The notes below the pieces were generated by a model. The model did no database searches. It had not been told where the DNA came from and saw nothing but the letters and a program-made list of their open reading frames with translations. From the NCBI GenBank assembly GCA_963693095.2, contig OY843768.1:352001-416000 (forward strand): DNA of 64,000 nt, given 5' to 3'. This document shows positions 15,001-30,000 of this stretch, piece by piece (the first letter of the stretch is position 1; the number at the start of each line of letters is the position of its first letter). The position numbers and the translations under genes were made by a program. The stretch comes from Cenarchaeum sp. (GTDB lineage: Archaea > Thermoproteota > Nitrososphaeria > Nitrososphaerales > Nitrosopumilaceae).

Positions 15001-18000
15001 GGGCAGCGCCACGATACCGGCTACCCACGAGTTCGACGGCCTGCTCTACGTCGGCCATAGTGTGGCCCGAAATATTGCCACCCTCTTCCTGTCGGCTAGC
15101 TCCGAGCCCACGGTGACGTACACGCAGCCGGGCTCCGGCGGACTTACCGACGTGGCGCCCGAGGGCGGCACGCCCAACAGGATGCAGGGAGCCAGCGTGG
15201 TCGCCTCGGCCCTGGATGGAACGGTGCCCACGATCACGTCCGCCGAGTTTACGGACTCGCACACGATCACAGTCACGTTCAGCGCGGATGTCACGTTCGT
15301 GACGGCCGCCATGCACTATGCTACAGACGACGGGTGGTCGGTGACATCACCGAGTGGCGCCCTGACCGTAGAGTCCGCAGTGCGCACGTCCTCGGACACG
15401 TACACGCTCACGCTGGACAGCAGCGTTGACACCGTGCCTGACAGGGTGTACACGGTTGCCCCCGACGCACAGCTCGCGTCCTTTAGTGGCCAGCCTGTAT
15501 CAGGCGGCATCGCGTCGACTACCGCAGTGTACGACGGGCCGTTTGACGCCGAGACGAGGACGGCGACCACGACGCTCGTCACGTTTGACGGCGGCGCGCT
15601 CGCCGGCACGCTCGACGTGACAGACTGGACGGTCACAGACAACGACACGGCCGACTCGACGGACGTGGTGCTCACGCCATCGAGCGTGGCGACTGCCTCG
15701 GCCAGCGGCGTCGCGACTACGACTGCGGCCACGGCGGGCTCCCCGATTGCCATACCGGGCACCTCGACTGCCACGCACCTGCTCATCACGCACGGGCCGC
15801 TCTCCTCGACGGCGGCCACGCCGCGCGTCGCGTACGTAATGCCTGGCACCGAGCCGACCGGCGGGTTCCTCGCCGAGGGCACCTCTGATGTCGCCTCCGG
15901 CGGCGCCGCGGCGTCAGACGGCGCGCCGCCGACGTTCACGGCGCGAACGGTCACGACGGCGACGATCGACGTCACGTTCAGCGAGCCGATACGCAACACG
16001 CGCAATGATGCGGAAGTCCTAAAGGCGGACAGATGGACGGTGGACAGCACAAGGCCAGGCTTGGTCAGCGCGGCCAACTTTACGCGGGCAGGACTCCCTG
16101 CACCAAACGAAGGCGAGGCGTACACGGTATTTACGCTCACAGTGAGCACTCCATTTGGCGTGGACGCCACGCCCACGGTCGCCTATGTTCGCCCCACCTC
16201 GAACTACCTCGCCGACGCGCTGGAGGAAGGCGGCGGTGACGTTGTCGGGAACAACCCTGTTCCGAACGGCGCGTCGACGACCGCCGCCGACGGCATAGCC
16301 GACACTGCGCCACCGTTCGAGGCCTCGACTGCCAGCCTCACGACGACGCTCGTCACGTTTGACGGCGGCGCGCTGGCCGGCACGCTCGACGTGACGGACT
16401 GGACGGTCACCGAGAACGACACGGACGACTCTGTGGACGTGGTTCGTGCGATATCTCGAGTGGCGACTGCGCTCAACGGCGTCGCGACGTCGACTGCGGC
16501 CACGGTGGGCTCTACTGTGCCCATACCTGGTGGCTCGACTGCCACGCAGCTCCTCATCACGCACATGGGCCTCTCCTCGGCGGCGGCCACGCCGCGCGTC
16601 GCGTACGTAATGCCCGGCACCGAGCCGACCGGCGGGTTCCTCGCCGAGGGCACCTCTGATGTCGACTCCGGTGGCGAGGAGGCCTCTGACGGCGTGCCAC
16701 CTGCGTTCCATGCGGAGCTCACGGAGGCGGGCATGGTGAGGATCGCGTTCACCGAGCCGGTCACCGGCACGACGAGGGCCTCGGAGTGGGCGTTTGGCGG
16801 CGCGTCAGACGGCGCGCTGTCGGAGCGCCGCCTCGCTACGGCCGTGTCGACAGACTTTGATCTGCGCGGCGCCGACGATCTCCTCATCACGCTCGCCTCT
16901 CCACGCGCGCGCACAGACCTGGGCGACGGCGCCGGCGGCACCCTGGACGCCTCTGACGTCACGTACACCCCCCGCGCCACGGGCGCGCTGGAGGACGCCG
17001 CGCTCAACGGGTTCGGCACGGCTGGCTCCCCCGTCGAGGCCACGGCGCTGGTCGACATGGCGCGGCCGACATTTAGCGCCGTGTTCACCTCGGAGACCTC
17101 GATAACGGCGACCTTTAGGGAGACCGTTACTCGCGAGTTGGCGTTCGGGGATGTGGGCGACTGGCTTGTGAGAGGGGGCACCGAGGATCCGAGGGTCTTC
17201 TCGGTCGCCTTTGACGGCGACGACACGTACACGATCAGGCTCGTGGCCACGGACACGAACCCTGTCGCGATCCCCGGCACGGCGTATGACATCATCGCAA
17301 ACGACGAGATCTATGACCTTGCCTCCCCGGCGCCCAACAAGATCAGTGTCGGCACCACGGCGACGGCGATGTACATGCCGCCGACGTTCACGGCGACGCT
17401 CGACTCGCCGACGTCGGTCACCGTCACGTTCTCGGAGGCGCTCAACGGCAGCACGGCGCGCACGGAGTGGAGCGTCGCTGGCGAGACGCCGGCCTCCGTC
17501 ACGGCCGGTTCGGCCACGACATCCGGCGACGGCGCGATCACGATAGGGACGGCGGTCAACCCGATCACGCTCACGCTTGACCCCGACGACGAGCAGGACG
17601 CCAACGCAACGCCGGCCGTGGCGTACACGCCCGCCGCCGGCGCGCTGCTCGACTCCGGCGACGTCGCCCTGGCCCCGACGCGCACCAGCCCCGTCACGGC
17701 CACCGACAAGATCGCCCCGTCCATCGAGTCGGCCACGTTCACAAGGCCCAACATGATCAGGGTCACGTTCACTGAGCCGGTGAGCGGGGTTACCGAGGGC
17801 TGGTCGCTGACCGACACGGTCGGCACGCTTGACGTGCAGAGCGCGGCGCACTCGGGCAGCACGTACACGCTCACGCTGGACGACAACGCCGTGGACGGCA
17901 GATCGTACACGGTGAACGCGCCCGGCGGGATCGTGGACATGGCCGCGGCGCCCAACACGATAGGCGCCGGCGAGACCGAGGATGTGGAGTACGACGAGGC

Positions 18001-21000
18001 GTCCGTGGACACCACTCCGCCGACGTTCAGCGCAAGCCTCACGTCGGCGAGCACGGTAGAGATCACCTTTAGCGAGGACGTCGACGGCACGACGGCTAGG
18101 GGCGAGTGGGCAGTCGCCGGCTCGACTATCGCGTCGCTCTCGCTTACCGACGGCGGAGCCGCCGCGCTCGGCGATCTGATGCTCGAAGAAGCAGGCGAGC
18201 TCTTTATCACGCTCACCGCCGCGCGCGCGGGCACCGACCTGGGCAGCCTGACCGAGGCGGGCGTCACGTACACGCGCCCGTCGACGGGCACCAACATGCT
18301 CCAGGATGCCGTGGGCTACGGCCTCGGCACGCCCGGCACCGCCCTGCAGGCCACGTCACTGGCCGAGGAGATCCCGCCGACGGCCACTGCGTACTTTTCG
18401 GCCGCCAACACGGTCGTCATCAGGCTCTCTGAGGCCCTCGCCGGCACGCCCATGGCCATAGAGGGCTACACGTACGCCGTGACGGTGCCCGACGGTGACG
18501 ACGCTGGCACCGATCCGGATCCCGTGGCGCTGACTACGGCGCCCGGGGTAAAGCCAGTCGACTATGACGCCACTGCGCTCACGATCACGCTCACGCTGGC
18601 AGGCGACGCCGACCTTGGCATCGTGCACACGATCATGCTGCCGACTGCGCTCACCGACATTGCCAGCATCGCGTTTTTCTCGTCGGCCGTGACTGCCACG
18701 TACGCGGTGCCGGACACGACGCCGCCGGGAGTCACTAGCCTCACGGTCACCGTGGCCGACAATATTGGCGGCACATTTGTGGATCGCACGGGAGGTCGTG
18801 CGACATGGGCGAACGCCGGCGACAGGGTCACCATAGCCGTGACGTTCAACGAGGCCGTCGTGACATCGCCGGCGCCGACGATAACGGTGCCTGGCGCGCA
18901 CAGGACACCGACGGCCACGGCGATGGGCGACGCCGGTGACTCTGATGGCCTGACCTGGTCGCACTCGTTCATTGTGGATGCCGCTGACCGCGGTGGTTTC
19001 GGCCTCACCTTTACCATCGTGGCCACGGACACGGCAACTCCCACCGCAAACACAAACCCCGCAACTGGGACAGGATCGATAACACACTCACAGATCACGT
19101 CTGGCAACAATGCCCTGGTGAACGCGCGGCCGCTGGCTCTGTCCTCTGCAGAGTTTACGGGCTCAAAGACGATTCGCATGCAGTTTGACAGTACCATCGA
19201 TATGTCCACCGTCACTACGTCCAACTTTGGGGTCACGGCGCCTGATAACACGTTAACTCCCCATGACACGGACAACATGCCAGACGTGATCACCGTGTCG
19301 AGTGTTGCGCGTACTACCGCCTTTGTCGCCACGGCCACGCTAGGCGCCAATGCGATCCCCGGCGTCGCGTACACCATCGTGCCAACATTCGAAAACAGCT
19401 ATGGTACCCCATTTGACCCCACAACGTGCGCCGCCACGTGCGAACTGACGCACACGCCGCCGTTCAGTGTGGACAAGGTCAGCGCAACCTCCTTTGATGT
19501 GACTTTTAAGGCCAGGGCATCAGGCACGATTCGCGCGTCAGAGATCACCATCGTCGACGCGCCTCACTCCACGACGCAAATACCAGTTGACAGCCTTGGC
19601 GTTCCACCCATGGATCTGTCTAGCACGTACACGTTCACCAACAGGGACGACTTTGTCATTCGAATATCCTCTGCCAACTCCCTGGGGGGCAACTCTGCGC
19701 CGACGTTCACGTACGTCTCGCCGTCCACGGGCGGCCTCACGTTTGGCGGCACGGCACTGCCCGCCGGGACGTGGGTGATCGTCGCAGCTGACAAGATTGC
19801 CCCCGTCTTTAGTGGGGATCCGTCCATTAGCGCTGATGGCACGCGCATGAGCGCCATATTTGACACCCCAGTCGCCGCAGCCCCGACGTCCGTCTTTCGC
19901 GTGTTCACCGAGAGCTCCCAGACGGGGGCTGTCGCAGGCGAGGCCAGGGGCAGTGCCATCTCTGTCTCGTCGACCAACCCCAACGAGGTGTTCGCAACAT
20001 TGAGCCCGCGCCTCAAGAGCGGCACATACTATCCCCTTGTGCAGGCCATTGCGGACACGGCCACGCAGCCAAACCTCTCCGGGATGAGGGGCGGGGAATC
20101 GACAGTCGACTCGTCGGCCCCCGAGATCGACGAGGCGCGCGCGACGAGCGAGCGCACGACGGTCGTCAGGCTTGATGAGGCCGTGAGCGGGACGCTCCGA
20201 GCTGCTGACTGGAGCCTCAACGACGGGACGCTCGAGGCTCCCGTGCCCAGGGCGATCCAGTCAGTCAGGACCGGCGCGCACGGCACAGTCCAGCTGACGC
20301 ACACGCCAACAGTCACGCTCGCCTCGGCGACCGAGTTTACGCTGACGCACGAGGCGATATCAGACACCGCGTCGCCGCCGTACATCCTGTTCGCAAAGCC
20401 CGCGACGCTTCTGGTGGGACAGGCGGCCCTGGCCGACTCGGGCGGCGACCCGATCGATAGCGACCCGTTCACGAGGGCTGAGCTGAGCTCGGTCCCCTCT
20501 GGCACCCCGATACCGCCGCCAAAAAGGGTCATCGACGCCACTCCGCCGACGGCCAATGCGGACTTTTTGGCCGCCAACACGGTCGTCATCACGCTCTCCA
20601 GGGCGCTCGCCGGCACGGTCTCGGCCATAGAGGGCTACACGTACGCCGTGACGGTGCCTGACGGTGACGACGCTGGCACCGATCCGGACGACGTTCCGCT
20701 CGCGGACACAAACCCCGTCGACTATGACGCCACTGCGCTCACGATTACGCTCACGCTGGCGGGCAACGCCGGCCCTGGCATCGTGCACACGATCATGCTG
20801 CCTGCCGCGCTCACCGACACCGACGGCATCGCGTTCTCCTCGTCGACCGTGACTGCCATGTACGTGCCTGATGTGACGCCCCCGACGTTCAGCGCCGAGC
20901 TCAGGGACGCGCGCACGGTGAGGATCGTCTTTGACGAGGACGTCAGTGGCACGACGGCGCCGGCCGAGTGGGCAGTCGCCGGCTCTACGGTCTCCTCGAT

Positions 21001-24000
21001 CGCGCCGTCCTCGCCGTCCTTGGCCAGGGAGATCGTCCTCACGCTCGCCCCGGCGCTCGCCCCTGGGCGCCCCTCCACGGACCTGCGCGACCCCGACGGC
21101 GCCGGCCCGCTCACGGCGCTCATTCCGGCCAACGTGGCCTACACGCGCCCGTCGCAGGATGCCAACGCGATCACGGACCGCGAGGGCAACGACCTCACCG
21201 CCGCCGCCACGGCAGTAGCCGACAGGGCCCCGCCGACGTTCACGGCGCGCACGGTCACGACGTCGACGATCGACGTCACGTTCAGCGAGCCGATACACAA
21301 CACGCTTGGTGGTGCGGACTTTCTGGACGATGATCACTGGACGGTGGACGGCGCCATGCCGGGTGTGCCCACCGCGGCCAACTTTACGCGGGCCGGCCTC
21401 CCGGCGCCAGAAGGCAGCGAGGCGTACACGGTCTTTACGCTCACAGTCGGCACTCCCTTTGGCGTGGACGCCACGCCAGCGGTCGCCTATGTTCGCCCCA
21501 GCTCGAACTACCTCGCCGACGCGCTGGAGGAAGGCGGCGGTGACGTTGTCGGGAACAACCCTGTTCCTGACGGCGCGTCGACGACCGCCGCCGACGGCAT
21601 ACCCGGCCCGCCTCCCCCGTTCGAGGCCTCGACTGCCAGCCTCACGACGACGCTCGTCGACTTTGACGGCGGCGCGCTGGCCGGCACGCTCGACGCGAGG
21701 AACTGGACGATCACCGACAACGACACGGCCGACTCTGTGGACGTGGTTCGTGCGATATCGCGCATTGCGACTGCGGCCGGAGGCGTCCCGTTGTCGCAGG
21801 CGTCGGCGATCCCGTCAAGCCCGGCCGCCATGCAGCTCCTCATCACGCACGATCCGCTCTCCTCGCCGGCTGCCACGCCGGACGTCGCGTACGTGGCCGG
21901 CGACCTGACCGAGGGCGGCACCGCAGTCGACAGCGGCGGAGATGAGGCCTCTGACGGCGTGCCCCCGGCGTTCAGTGCGGAGCTCATGGACACGGGCACG
22001 GTGAGGATCGTGTTCACCGAGCCGGTCACCGGCACGACGATGGCCTCGGAGTGGGCGTTTGGCGGCGCGTCGGGCGGCTCGCTGTCGGCAGGCCCCCCCG
22101 TATCGGCCGTGTCGACGGACATCGAGCTGCGCGACGCCGACGAGCTCTTCCTCACGCTCGCCTCCCAGCGCGCGCGCACGGACCTGGGCGACGGCGCCGG
22201 AGGAACACTGGACGCCGATGACGTCACGTACACCCCCCGCGCCACGGGCGCGCTGGCCGACGCCGCGCTCAACGGGTTCGGCACGGCCGGCTCCCCAGTA
22301 GAGGCCACGGCGCTGGCCGACAGGGCGCGGCCGACCTTTGGCGCGACGTTCACCTCGGCGACCTCGATAACGGCGACCTTTAGGGAGCCTGTTAGCCGCG
22401 CGGTAACGTCCGAGGTAGTGGGCGGCTGGCTTGTGGAGGGGGGCACCGTGAGTCCGGTGGTCCTCTCGGTCGCCTTTGACGACGACGACACGTACACGAT
22501 CAGGCTCGTGGCTACGGACACGATCCCCGGCGCGATCCCCGGCACGGAGTATGACATCATCGCGAACAACGGGATCTACGACCTTGCCTCCCCGACACCA
22601 AACCAGATCGTGGCCGGCACCAGGGCGACGGCGACGTACGCCCCGCCGACGTTCACGGCGACGCTCGACTCGCCGACGTCAGTCACCGTCACGTTCTCGG
22701 AGGCGCTCGACGGCAGCACGGCGCGCACGGAGTGGAGCGTCGCCGGCGAGACGCCTGCCTCAGTCACGGCCGGCGGGACCACGACGTCCGGCGACGGCGC
22801 GATCACGATAGAGACGGCGGTCAACCCGATCACGCTCACGCTGGATCCCGACGACGCGCAGGACGACGACGCGGCGCCGCCGGTGGCGTACACGCCCGCT
22901 GTCGGCGCGCTGCGCGACTCCGGCGGCGTCGCCATGCTGCCGACTTCCTCGCCCCACGTCACGGCAGCCGACATGATCGCCCCGTCCATCGACTCGGTCA
23001 CGTTCACGGACGCCATGACGATATCCGTAGAGTTCACCGAGCCGGTGACAAGGGACACATCGACGTCGGCGCCGGGCGGGACCGGCTGGTCGGTGAGCGG
23101 GGGCCTCACGATATCGACCGTGACATTTGACGATGACGACACGTACACGATCAGCCTCTCGGCACCGGGCGCCACGGACGGCACAGGATACACGATAGGC
23201 GCAGCCGATGGGATAGCCGACAGGTCCCCGGCGGCCAACTCCGTGGACGCCGGCGAGGCCGTGACGGAGACGTACACGGGGCCGGACACCGACCCGCCGA
23301 CGTTCAGCGCAAGCCTCACGTCGGCGAGCACGGTAGAGATCACCTTTAGCGAGGACGTCGACGGCACGACGGCTAGCGGCGAGTGGGCAGTCACCGGCTC
23401 GACTGTCGCGTCGCTCTCGCTGACGGACGGCGGGGCCATCGCGACCGGCAACCTGGTGCTCGAAGACGCAGGCGAGCTCTACATCACGCTCACCGCCGCG
23501 CGCGCGGGCACCGACCTGGGCACCCTGACGGCCATGGGCGTCACGTACACGCGCCCGTTGACGGGCACCAACACGATCCAGGACGGCGCGGACAATCACC
23601 TTGCCTCGACGGCAGGCGACACGGAGGAGGCCACGGCGCTGGCCGACGGGATCCCGCCGACGTTTAGCGCCGAGCTCACCTCGGCGACCACGGCAAGGAT
23701 AGAGTTCAGCGAGGCCACCGGCGGCATGACGGCGGCCTCCGAGTGGGCGTTTGCCGACTCTGACGTCACGTCGCTCTCGCTTACCGACGGCGGGACGGCC
23801 CAGATGGGCAACCTCGCGCTCTCTGGCACCGAGCTCTTTGCCACGTTTGGCATGGCGCGCACGCTGACTAGCCTGGACGACGGCGACGGCAACGGTGACG
23901 GCACCGCCGTGGACATCACGAAAGAGAGAGTGACATACACGCGCCCGTCGACGGGACCCAACACGATCACGGACACCACGGGCAACGACCTGGCCGAGGA

Positions 24001-27000
24001 CGCCGGCGACGAGGAGATGGCCACGGCAGTCGCCGACAAGGCCCCGCCGACGTTCACGGCGGCCACGGCGACTACGACGACAGTCGCCGTCACGTTCAGC
24101 GAGGCGATACACAACTCGGGGGAGCCAGATTTCAAGGGTTTGCGCTGGGAGAACGAGGCTCACTGGCGGGTGGACGGTGCCATGCCGACCGAGGTCATGG
24201 CGGCCAACTTTACGCGGACCGGCGCCCCGATAGGCGGCGGCGGTGCATACACGGTCTATACGCTCACCGTGGCAACCTTTGGCGCAGACGCCACGCCGTC
24301 GATCCTCTACGTGCGCCCCTCCGAGTTCTACCTCGCCGACGCGCTGGTTACAGACGATCTTGACAATCCCGGCAACAACCCCGTCCCGTCCACGCCCACC
24401 GGCATGCCAGTCGTCGCCACCGACGGCATACCTCCGCTGGTCTCCTCGGCGGCCACGACGAGCAGCGAGACGACGGTAGTAACGTTTAGCAACACGCTCG
24501 ACTCCGGAACAACAGATGCCGCAGACTGGACGCTCATGCCCGGCCCAATCAGCGTCACCTCGCTGCGGGCCGGCATGCATGCCGAGGCCGACGCCACGCC
24601 GTCGACGACGCTGGACATGTCTGCAGTCACGTCGACTGACATGATAACGCTCGTACACCCCACCATAGGCACCGGCGTCAGGCCGATCGTGCAGTACGAC
24701 GGGACGGGAACGATAACGGCCTCTGGTCAGCCGGGCAACGTGCCGGCCACGCTCGACCCGCACATCACGGCCACAGACGGAGTCGCGCCGCTCGTGAGGA
24801 CTGCGACATACGCTGACACCAACCGCGAGATAACGCTCACGTTCAGCGAGGGCCTTGACGCGACTACGGCAGTGGCGGCCAACTTTGAGGTGCGCGGGTT
24901 CACCGAGCCCACGACGCGCTCGGACGCGCTGGCGCTCAACGCGGCACACGGCACGGCCGGAGTCCTCTACACGGCCGGCGACTCGGCCTCTGACCCCTCC
25001 ACGGTCTCGATCCGCCTGAACGCAGACGACACGTACGACGAGTACAAGGTCATCATCGATGCAGCAGTCACGGACACGGCGACTAACCCATACGTGCCCA
25101 TATCCAACCCTGACGGGGACGCGGCGACTGACGACAGCGACATCACGGTGCAAAAGACCGACATGACTGCCCCGCGGGCCATGGCCCTGTCCGTCGTCGT
25201 CTACGACGGCCCGCCGGGCGCGAGCACCGAAAAGACCGGCGATCACAGGAACTTTGCCGGCATCGGCGACACGGTTCGCGTGGACATCACGCTCGATGAG
25301 AACGCCGCCGGCGTGCCGACCATAGACATAGCTGGCGCGACGGGCATATCGATGGCCGACAGGGGAGACGGCTTCGCGACGACATGGCGCCATGACCTCA
25401 CCGTGTCGACCACGACGGCCGAGACGGCATCGCTGGACTTTACGATAAGGGTCACTGACGGTATGAACTCTGGCCAGATAACTGCCACGACAGGGCACGC
25501 GGAGACGCTGATGGTCAGCCAGCCGACCATAGACAGGACGGCTCCGACGGCCTCGTCGGTCACGACGAGCGTCAGGCTCGAGGGTGCGGGCGCCGATGCG
25601 GCATCAGGCACCGTGGCCGGCATCGACGACGAGCTTCGCGTGACGCTCACGGCCAGCGAGGCGCTCGACGCGCAGGCCACTGACATTGCGCTCTTTGGCC
25701 TGACAGGCGCCAGCATCGTCAACGCCGACTCTGTCGCAGGCGCCGGCGCCAACGCGTACACGTACGTGCGCACGATAGCGGCCACTGACGTCGACGGCCC
25801 GATCGAGTTCACCATCACGTTCCGTGACAGGGCAGGCAACGAGTCAGCCGCGGCGGCAACGCACACCACGGCGAGCCCGCGCGTGACAGTCGACGCCACG
25901 GCGCCGACCCTCTCGTCTGCCGTGACGGTATCGACGAGCACGCTCACAGTCACGCTCTCTGAGGCAGTCACGGGAACGTCCATGGGCGGACACTGGTCGG
26001 CAATCGACACGGATCCCGCCGTGACGGCCGCAATCTCCGCAGCCGACGTCTCGGGCAGCACGGTAACGCTCACGTACACGGCGATCGAGGACACGTCGTT
26101 CAGCCCAGAGGTCACGTACACGGCACCGTCCTCTGGAGCGCCGGCTGACGCGGCGCGCAACGCGCTGGGCGGCAGCCCCGTCACCGCCGCTGACGGCGTG
26201 AGGCCGACGGCCACGGCGGCCTTTGTGGGCAACTCTATCCTCATAACGTTCAGCGAGCCTGTCGACAACGTGATGCCGACGCTGAGCGTCAGGCAGCCCA
26301 ACGGATCGATCTCCCTGCGCAATGTCGTCCACACCGACGGCACGAGCACTGCGACAATACGCATCACCGATTTGACGATAGAGACCGGCACGTGGCAGGT
26401 CATCATACCGGCCAGGGTCACCGACGCGTCTGACAACGTGCGCGCCACGGAGACCGTGGATGCCATGCGCACCGACGCGCCGACGGCGACAGTGGCATAT
26501 GAGGTGCAGGACATGACCAGCGGCAACGCGAGGCCCTCGCCGTTCCAGAACCACGCGCGCGCCGGTGACGTGATCAGGCTCTCGCTCACGCTCAGCGAGG
26601 CAGTCACCATGGCACCGACTGTCCTCTTTGTGGGCAAGACTGACCTTCCGGACACGACGGCAGATGACGCCAACACGGTAACCATGATACAGGAGGGAAG
26701 CACGATGGAGTGGCGCGCACCGTACACCGTCGAGACTGCCATGCAGAACTCCAACCTAGTCGACGGCCCGTTCACGTTTGTGGCGACGCTCAGGGGCAAC
26801 ACGGGCGCGGTGGGCATGGTGACAGAGGCCTCGATGACGCCGCCGACAATAGACCGCATGGTGCCGACGATCTCATCGGCAGCGTTCACCGAGTCCAACA
26901 CGATCGTCATCACGCTCTCCGAGCCACTCGCCGGCACCGACTCGGCGATCGAGGGATACGACTACACCGTGACGGTGCCTGACGGTGACGACACGGGCAC

Positions 27001-30000
27001 CGATCCGGACGAAGTCGCCCTCGCGGCCACAGACCCGGTAAACTATGACTCCACGGCCCGCACGATCACCCTCACGCTCGCAGACGGCGCGGCTGCCGAT
27101 GTCGTCCACACCGTCACGCTGCCGACGGAGCTGCGCGACAGGGCCGAAAACGCGTTCACCACGAGCGCAGATGACGCGACGTACAGCCCGCCAGAGGCGT
27201 CTTCGCTCGCGTTCACCGTGAGGGCCGGCTCGCCGATCGCAGACAAGTCCGGCACGTACGCCAACGTGGCAGGCATCGGCAACACGATACGCATAACCCT
27301 CGGCCTCGACGCTGCCGTGACTGCGGCGCCGCAAATAACGCTGGACGGCAGGGACACGGAGTCGGTGGCCATGACCGCAGGCGCCGCCATGACGTGGAGC
27401 CACGACCACGTCGTGGACGCAACGCACGACAGCACCACGACCTCGGCCCCGCTGGACATCCTCATCGTAGCCACCGGCGCCAACGGCAACGTCGCCAGGA
27501 TAACGAACGAGGACGGCCTGGCCTCGGGCACGACAGTCACGCTGCCCGAGATCGACACGGCACGGCCGGCCCTCTCCACGGGCAACGCGCTGGTGACTGG
27601 CATCCAGTCGGCCACGCCAGGAACGCTCACGCTCAGCACTGCCGGCGTTGATGACATACTCGTAGTCAGGGTCTTTCCCACCGAGAGGCTCGTCGGCGAC
27701 GACCTCGAGGACGTCATGAACGCAGCAAGCCACTCCGACCCCGCGGCCTCGAGGATCAACCGCGACATGGCCTTCTATGCCAGCGCCACGGCGGCAAACC
27801 ACGGCTTTGAGCGGAGCACCTCGCCGTTCCAGTACGACTTTACGCGCCTCGTCGCTGACGGCGTGGACGCCGCCGGACCGGTCACGTTCTCGCTGACCAT
27901 GCGCGACGTCGCCGGCAACACGGCAACAGTCACGCACACAGACCTCGCGACAGTCATGGCACGTGACACGACGCCTGCTGACGCCGACGTCTGGGGCTAT
28001 CGCGCAACAGTCGACTCGAGCGTGCCCAGCATGACCTCGGCTGTCACGGCCTCAACGGGCGAGCTCACAGTCACGCTTTCTGAGTCGCTCCCGTCCTCGG
28101 CCGACACTGCCGTAGGCGACTGGACCGCCATCGACGCGACGCTGGAGCCTGACGTGACGGCCATGATCCTCACCGCAGACGTCTCGGGCAGCACGGTGAC
28201 GATCACGTACAGGACAGTCGAGGACACGTCATTTGCGCCGGTCCTCACGTACACGGGCGCGGGACTCGCCGACGCCGGCCGCAACGCCGTGCCCTCTGGC
28301 GCGCAGGTCACCGCCACTGACGGCGTCGCGCCGACGGCCATGGCGACCTTCCTGGGCAGCACGCTCACGATCACGTTCAGCGAGCCGGTCAACGGCGTGT
28401 CTGACACGCCGCTAACGCTCACCAGGCCAAACGGCAGCACGATCAGGCAGGCGTTCACGCACGACGATGGCGATCGCACGGCGACGCTGAGGATGCCCTC
28501 AACGCCGGCGACAGGCACGTGGGGCATCGCCATACCGGCGGCTGTCACCGACGTGACGGGCAACGCGCGCGACGTGGACTCGGCGAACATCTCTGCTGAT
28601 GCGTCTATCGCGCCGATGGCGACTGCGATATCGTACACGGTCTTTGAGCCCGGCGGCACGACACCGCGCGCCTCGCCGTACACAAACTATGCGCGCGCTG
28701 ACGACGTGATCGAGGTCTCCGTCACGCTCGACGAGTCCGTCAGCGGGACGCCGACGATCCTCTTTGTGGGTCAGACGGCAAGCCCCACACCGATGACACG
28801 CGTCGGCATGACTGACGAGTGGACCGCGCGGTACACCGTCGAGGCCGGCATGACGGACATTGGATTCACCTTTGTAATGTCAGTCACCGGCGCGGTGAGC
28901 GGCGCGATGGGCGAGATACGTGACACGACGCTCCCTGCTGTGACGCCACCCGCAATAGACCGCACGGTGCCGAAGATCTCGGCGCAGACGGCCGGCCTCG
29001 ACGAGGTCACCGTGTCCTTTAGCGAGGACGTGTCGGGAACCACAGGGGCCACCGAGTGGACAGTCGGAGGCACTGCTGCCGAGAGCATCACCTCTGACGG
29101 CTCGGCGCAGACTGGCGACCTGGCGCTCTCGGATGAGCGCACGATCGCACTCGGCCTCTCGCAGGCCGGCGAGCTCGTCGGCGGCGAGGCGAGGCCCGCA
29201 GTCGCATTCACGGCCCGCACGCCGCCGGCCCTCCATGACGTCGCAGGCAACCCGCTTGAAACCGCCTCGACCACGGCAATAGACCGCATACGCCCGAGCC
29301 TCGTCTCCATGGAGTTCACGGCGCCCAACATGATCACAGTCACGCTGAGTGAGCCCCTTGACGCCAACACGCTGGGCACGACCATCCCGCAGGCCAGCCT
29401 TAGCCCGCACCTCGGGGGAATCACGGTCAACTATGCGATCGGCGCCGAGTCGCTCACGCTGAGAACCGTCAACAGTGCGGCCGAGCGCGCAAGCCACTCG
29501 CTCACGCTGCCCGCGCGCGTGACTGACGTGGCCAACCCCGCCGGCGTGTCGCGCAACGCCATCTCGCAGGCCGCAGTGGCCGCCACGCTGCCGGACACCA
29601 CGCCGCCCACGTACACGGCGCGCACGTACAACGCCTCGCACGTCATCGTGACGTTCAGCGAGCCAGTCCAGGGCACGACGGCGGCCTCCGAGTGGACACT
29701 TGACGTGCCGACATCTGACCTGGTGACGCCAGATGGCGCAGGGCGGGCCGTAAACGCGGTGGCTGACGTGCCTCGCCCGCCCGAGGCAGATAGGCTCGAT
29801 GACACGATCGACGCGTCATCTGCGTTCACCGGCCCGCTCTATGTCGGCCACAAGGATCCCGTTGTTAACACATTCCCCGTCTGGGAACCGGACGCCACGC
29901 CGAACGTGAGGTTCACGATGCCGTCAAACGGCCTCACCGACGTGGCTCCGCCCGGCGGCACGGCCAACGCGCTGGAGACGACTGCCACCGTGACGGCCAG

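Noticed and set aside
2978-24430. Diversity-generating retroelement (TR/VR) explanation for the variable repeats
   Set aside because: Differences are not adenine-specific and include indels, all copies are in-frame coding, and there is no reverse transcriptase in the window.
22760-25498. Long antisense and alternate-frame ORFs over the giant gene (912, 623, 601, 564 aa etc.)
   Set aside because: Shadows of GC-rich, repetitive codon usage. The translations are R-rich or V/S/A-rich with no motifs.
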